From NCBI RefSeq assembly GCF_963921235.1, contig NC_086097.1, forward strand, positions 252,838,001 through 252,902,000: a DNA stretch of 64,000 bases, written 5' to 3'. Position numbers and translations under genes: made by a program. Positions 61,966-64,000 of the stretch are shown piece by piece. The stretch comes from Mobula hypostoma (taxonomy: Eukaryota). Numbering within the stretch: the first letter of the stretch is position 1; each line of letters opens with the position of its first letter. The notes under the pieces are model-generated. The model saw only the letters and a program-made list of their open reading frames with translations, did not search any database and was not told the DNA's origin.

Positions 61966-62425
61966 ATAGATAGATAGATAAATATACTTCATTGATCCCG
62001 AGGGAAATTGGGTTTCATTACAGCTGCACCAACCAAGAATAGAGTGTAAGTACAGCAATACAAAAAACCCCAACAATCAAACACCAAAATGCAAACTATG
62101 CCAGATGGAAAATAAGTCCAGGACCAGCCTATTGGCTCAGGGCATCTGACCCTCCACGGGAGGAGCTGCAAAGTTCGATGGCCACAGGCAGGAACGACCT
62201 CCCGTGCCGCCCAGTGTTGTATCTCGGTGGAATATGGCCGGAGTCCAACAGTAAAAAGTTCAATATCCGGTCTACAAACACGTTCCTCGATCGTAATATG
62301 ACCCAGATTGCACCATCTGTTGTTAACCAGAACAGTAAGCACCCAACTCCTTTACGCTTACCGCTCTCAGTGCACTTCCGGTCAGCCGGAACGGTCTGGA
62401 CACCGTCCATGGAGAAGTTTTGATC
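61966..62425 (-). mobile_element. Rex1-like bipartite deletion derivative with (tcta)n tail
   Basis: APE segment (ADR...SGKRKG; VNNRWC...GLRPY) fused directly to the ORF end (RHGRSFLPVAIEL) and 3' UTR. Confidence 0.7.
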
Positions 62426-63554
62426 GGGTATGTTCTGGCCTCACTAGCACGTGGCACAGGCAGCAATCCTGAGATCACACCGGAGGTCCTGCCCTTTAAC
62501 TTAGCACTGAACTCCCTCTGCAGAACCTCATCACTCATCCTACCCATGTCATTGGCATCTACATGACCACGACTTCTCGATGTTCACCCTCCCACTTAAG
62601 AATGCTGAGAACTCGATCCAAGATCTCCCAGGTCCTGACACCCAGGAGGCAACATACCATCCGGTAATTTCATTCTCGCCCACAGAATCTCCTGCCCATT
62701 CCTCTAACTAATGAATCCCCTAGTACCAGAACGTGCCTTTTCTCCCCCTTTCTCTCCTGAATCACAGAGGCAGGCTCAGTGCCAGAGACCTGCCCACTAT
62801 GACTTGCCTTTGTTAGGCCAACCTCCTGAATAGTATCCAAAGTGACGTACCTGTTGTTGAGGGGGATGGCCACAGGGTACTCTGCACTGGCTCCTTAACC
62901 CCTTTCCCCTTCCTGACTGTCACCCAGGTTCCTGTGTCTGGTACCTTGAGTGTAACTATCTCTCTGTATGTCCCATTCATTATCCGTTCAGCCTCCCAAA
63001 TGATCCAGAGTTCATCCAGTTCCAGCTCCAGCTCCTTGATGTGGATTGTTCGAAGCTGAGCTGGGTGACTTCTCACAGTTGTAATCACCAGGGACACTGG
63101 GGATCTCCTTGCCTTCCCACATCCTGCAAGAGGTGCATTTTATTATTCTGCCCGGCATCTCTATGGTCCTAACTGAAGAATAAAAAGAATAAACTGAAGG
63201 ATATAAAGAAGGGATGAAAAATAGAGGGTTGTTTGGAAGGAAACATTGAGATTGATCTTAGAGTAGGTTAAAATGTTGGCACAATATTGTGGGCTGTAGT
63301 GTTCTATGTTCTATCTATGAGTCTGCAATAACATGCCATGTAAATTGTTGGGGTATCTATGTTAAAACACAAAACACAATAAACACTCACCCTCCGTTTA
63401 CAAAATATACACCTTGTGAGCTTTGGCTGGGGCAGTTCAAATTGAAAGCAGCTATGAGTGTTACTGCTTCAAATCCTCAGCCAAGAACTTCCCCTAATCA
63501 TCAATGGTAGTCATCTATGTGTCACCATGTATTAAAGTCCTAAGGTTCCTTAAG

Positions 63555-63915
63555 GCTGTCATAGCCAGGGATGTGTTGGGATAAGCACTATTAAATGCTC
63601 CCAATGGCGTGTACCTCAAATAGCCTCTGACAACCGAGTCCAGCTCCTGGCCTTCGCGTGTGGCTTAGCTACTACATCCAGCAGAACCATTTCTACTGAC
63701 AGGAGAGTGAGCAAAGGCAGGCTACTGGGACCTTGAAACCAGTCACCGGGCAAATGGGGCTTGTCAGCCATGGTTGGCAGCTCATCTAGGAGAAGGAAAA
63801 CTCTGATCTCAAACCTCCGCTGCTGTGTGGCTAAACCCACTCATGGGAAAGTCTTTGGGAGTAAATCCCAGCGAAAATTCTGGAGCTGGAGTCCCTGAGG
63901 CAGTCCTGTGTTGAG
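63555..63915 (+). mobile_element. RTE-like 5' UTR fragment
   Basis: ggcagctcatctaggagaaggaaaactctgatctcaaacc resembles RTE-clade 5' regions as recalled, not searched; HDV-like pairing lies upstream. Confidence 0.5.
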
Positions 63916-64000
63916 TCTGCCACATCCACGGTCGACCCTGACGAATGGAGGGCGTCAGTAGTTTCAGTCCTGAAGGAATGGGGAACACATTCCAAGAAGG

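Larger units (their letters stand above)
53397..63170 (-). mobile_element. Old CR1 scaffold broken by four nested insertions
   Basis: Pieces 53397-54498, 57870-58710, 59860-60150, 61258-61965 and 62420-63170 run in 3'-to-5' CR1 order (RT, APE, esterase LGDSLVRG, ORF1 coiled coil). Confidence 0.72.

Noticed and set aside
63938..63975. ctgacga word resembling a hammerhead core
   Set aside because: No downstream GAAA box or stem II/III pairing.

Overview
Eukaryotic, vertebrate-type, repeat-dense non-coding DNA. The repeat set (CR1, Rex1/Babar, L1, Penelope, V-SINEs) suggests a cartilaginous fish, but that is an inference. No host protein-coding exon could be recognised, and nearly every ORF in the track is a retroelement fragment or a tandem-repeat artefact. 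Main contents: (1) a TSD-bounded, RT-deleted L1 (14-6121, -) carrying a Rex1 insert and a young Penelope insert with ~250-bp inverted ends and minimal hammerhead ribozyme motifs; (2) many nested CR1 and Rex1 LINE copies; (3) a ~15.8-kb array of a 23-bp G-rich unit (~26710-42510) that lies inside, and appears derived from, the ORF of one Rex1 copy, with hierarchical sub-repeats and a near-identical 5541-bp tandem duplication; (4) a hAT-type MITE and a Tc1 remnant; (5) a non-coding ~500-bp repeat (two copies) that folds by eye into an HDV-like ribozyme with an unusual hairpin inserted in L3, one copy having grown minisatellites from both ends; (6) a few unique islands with candidate enhancer motifs (RFX X-box, paired AP-1). 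Boundaries were read by eye and are approximate unless a TSD is given.
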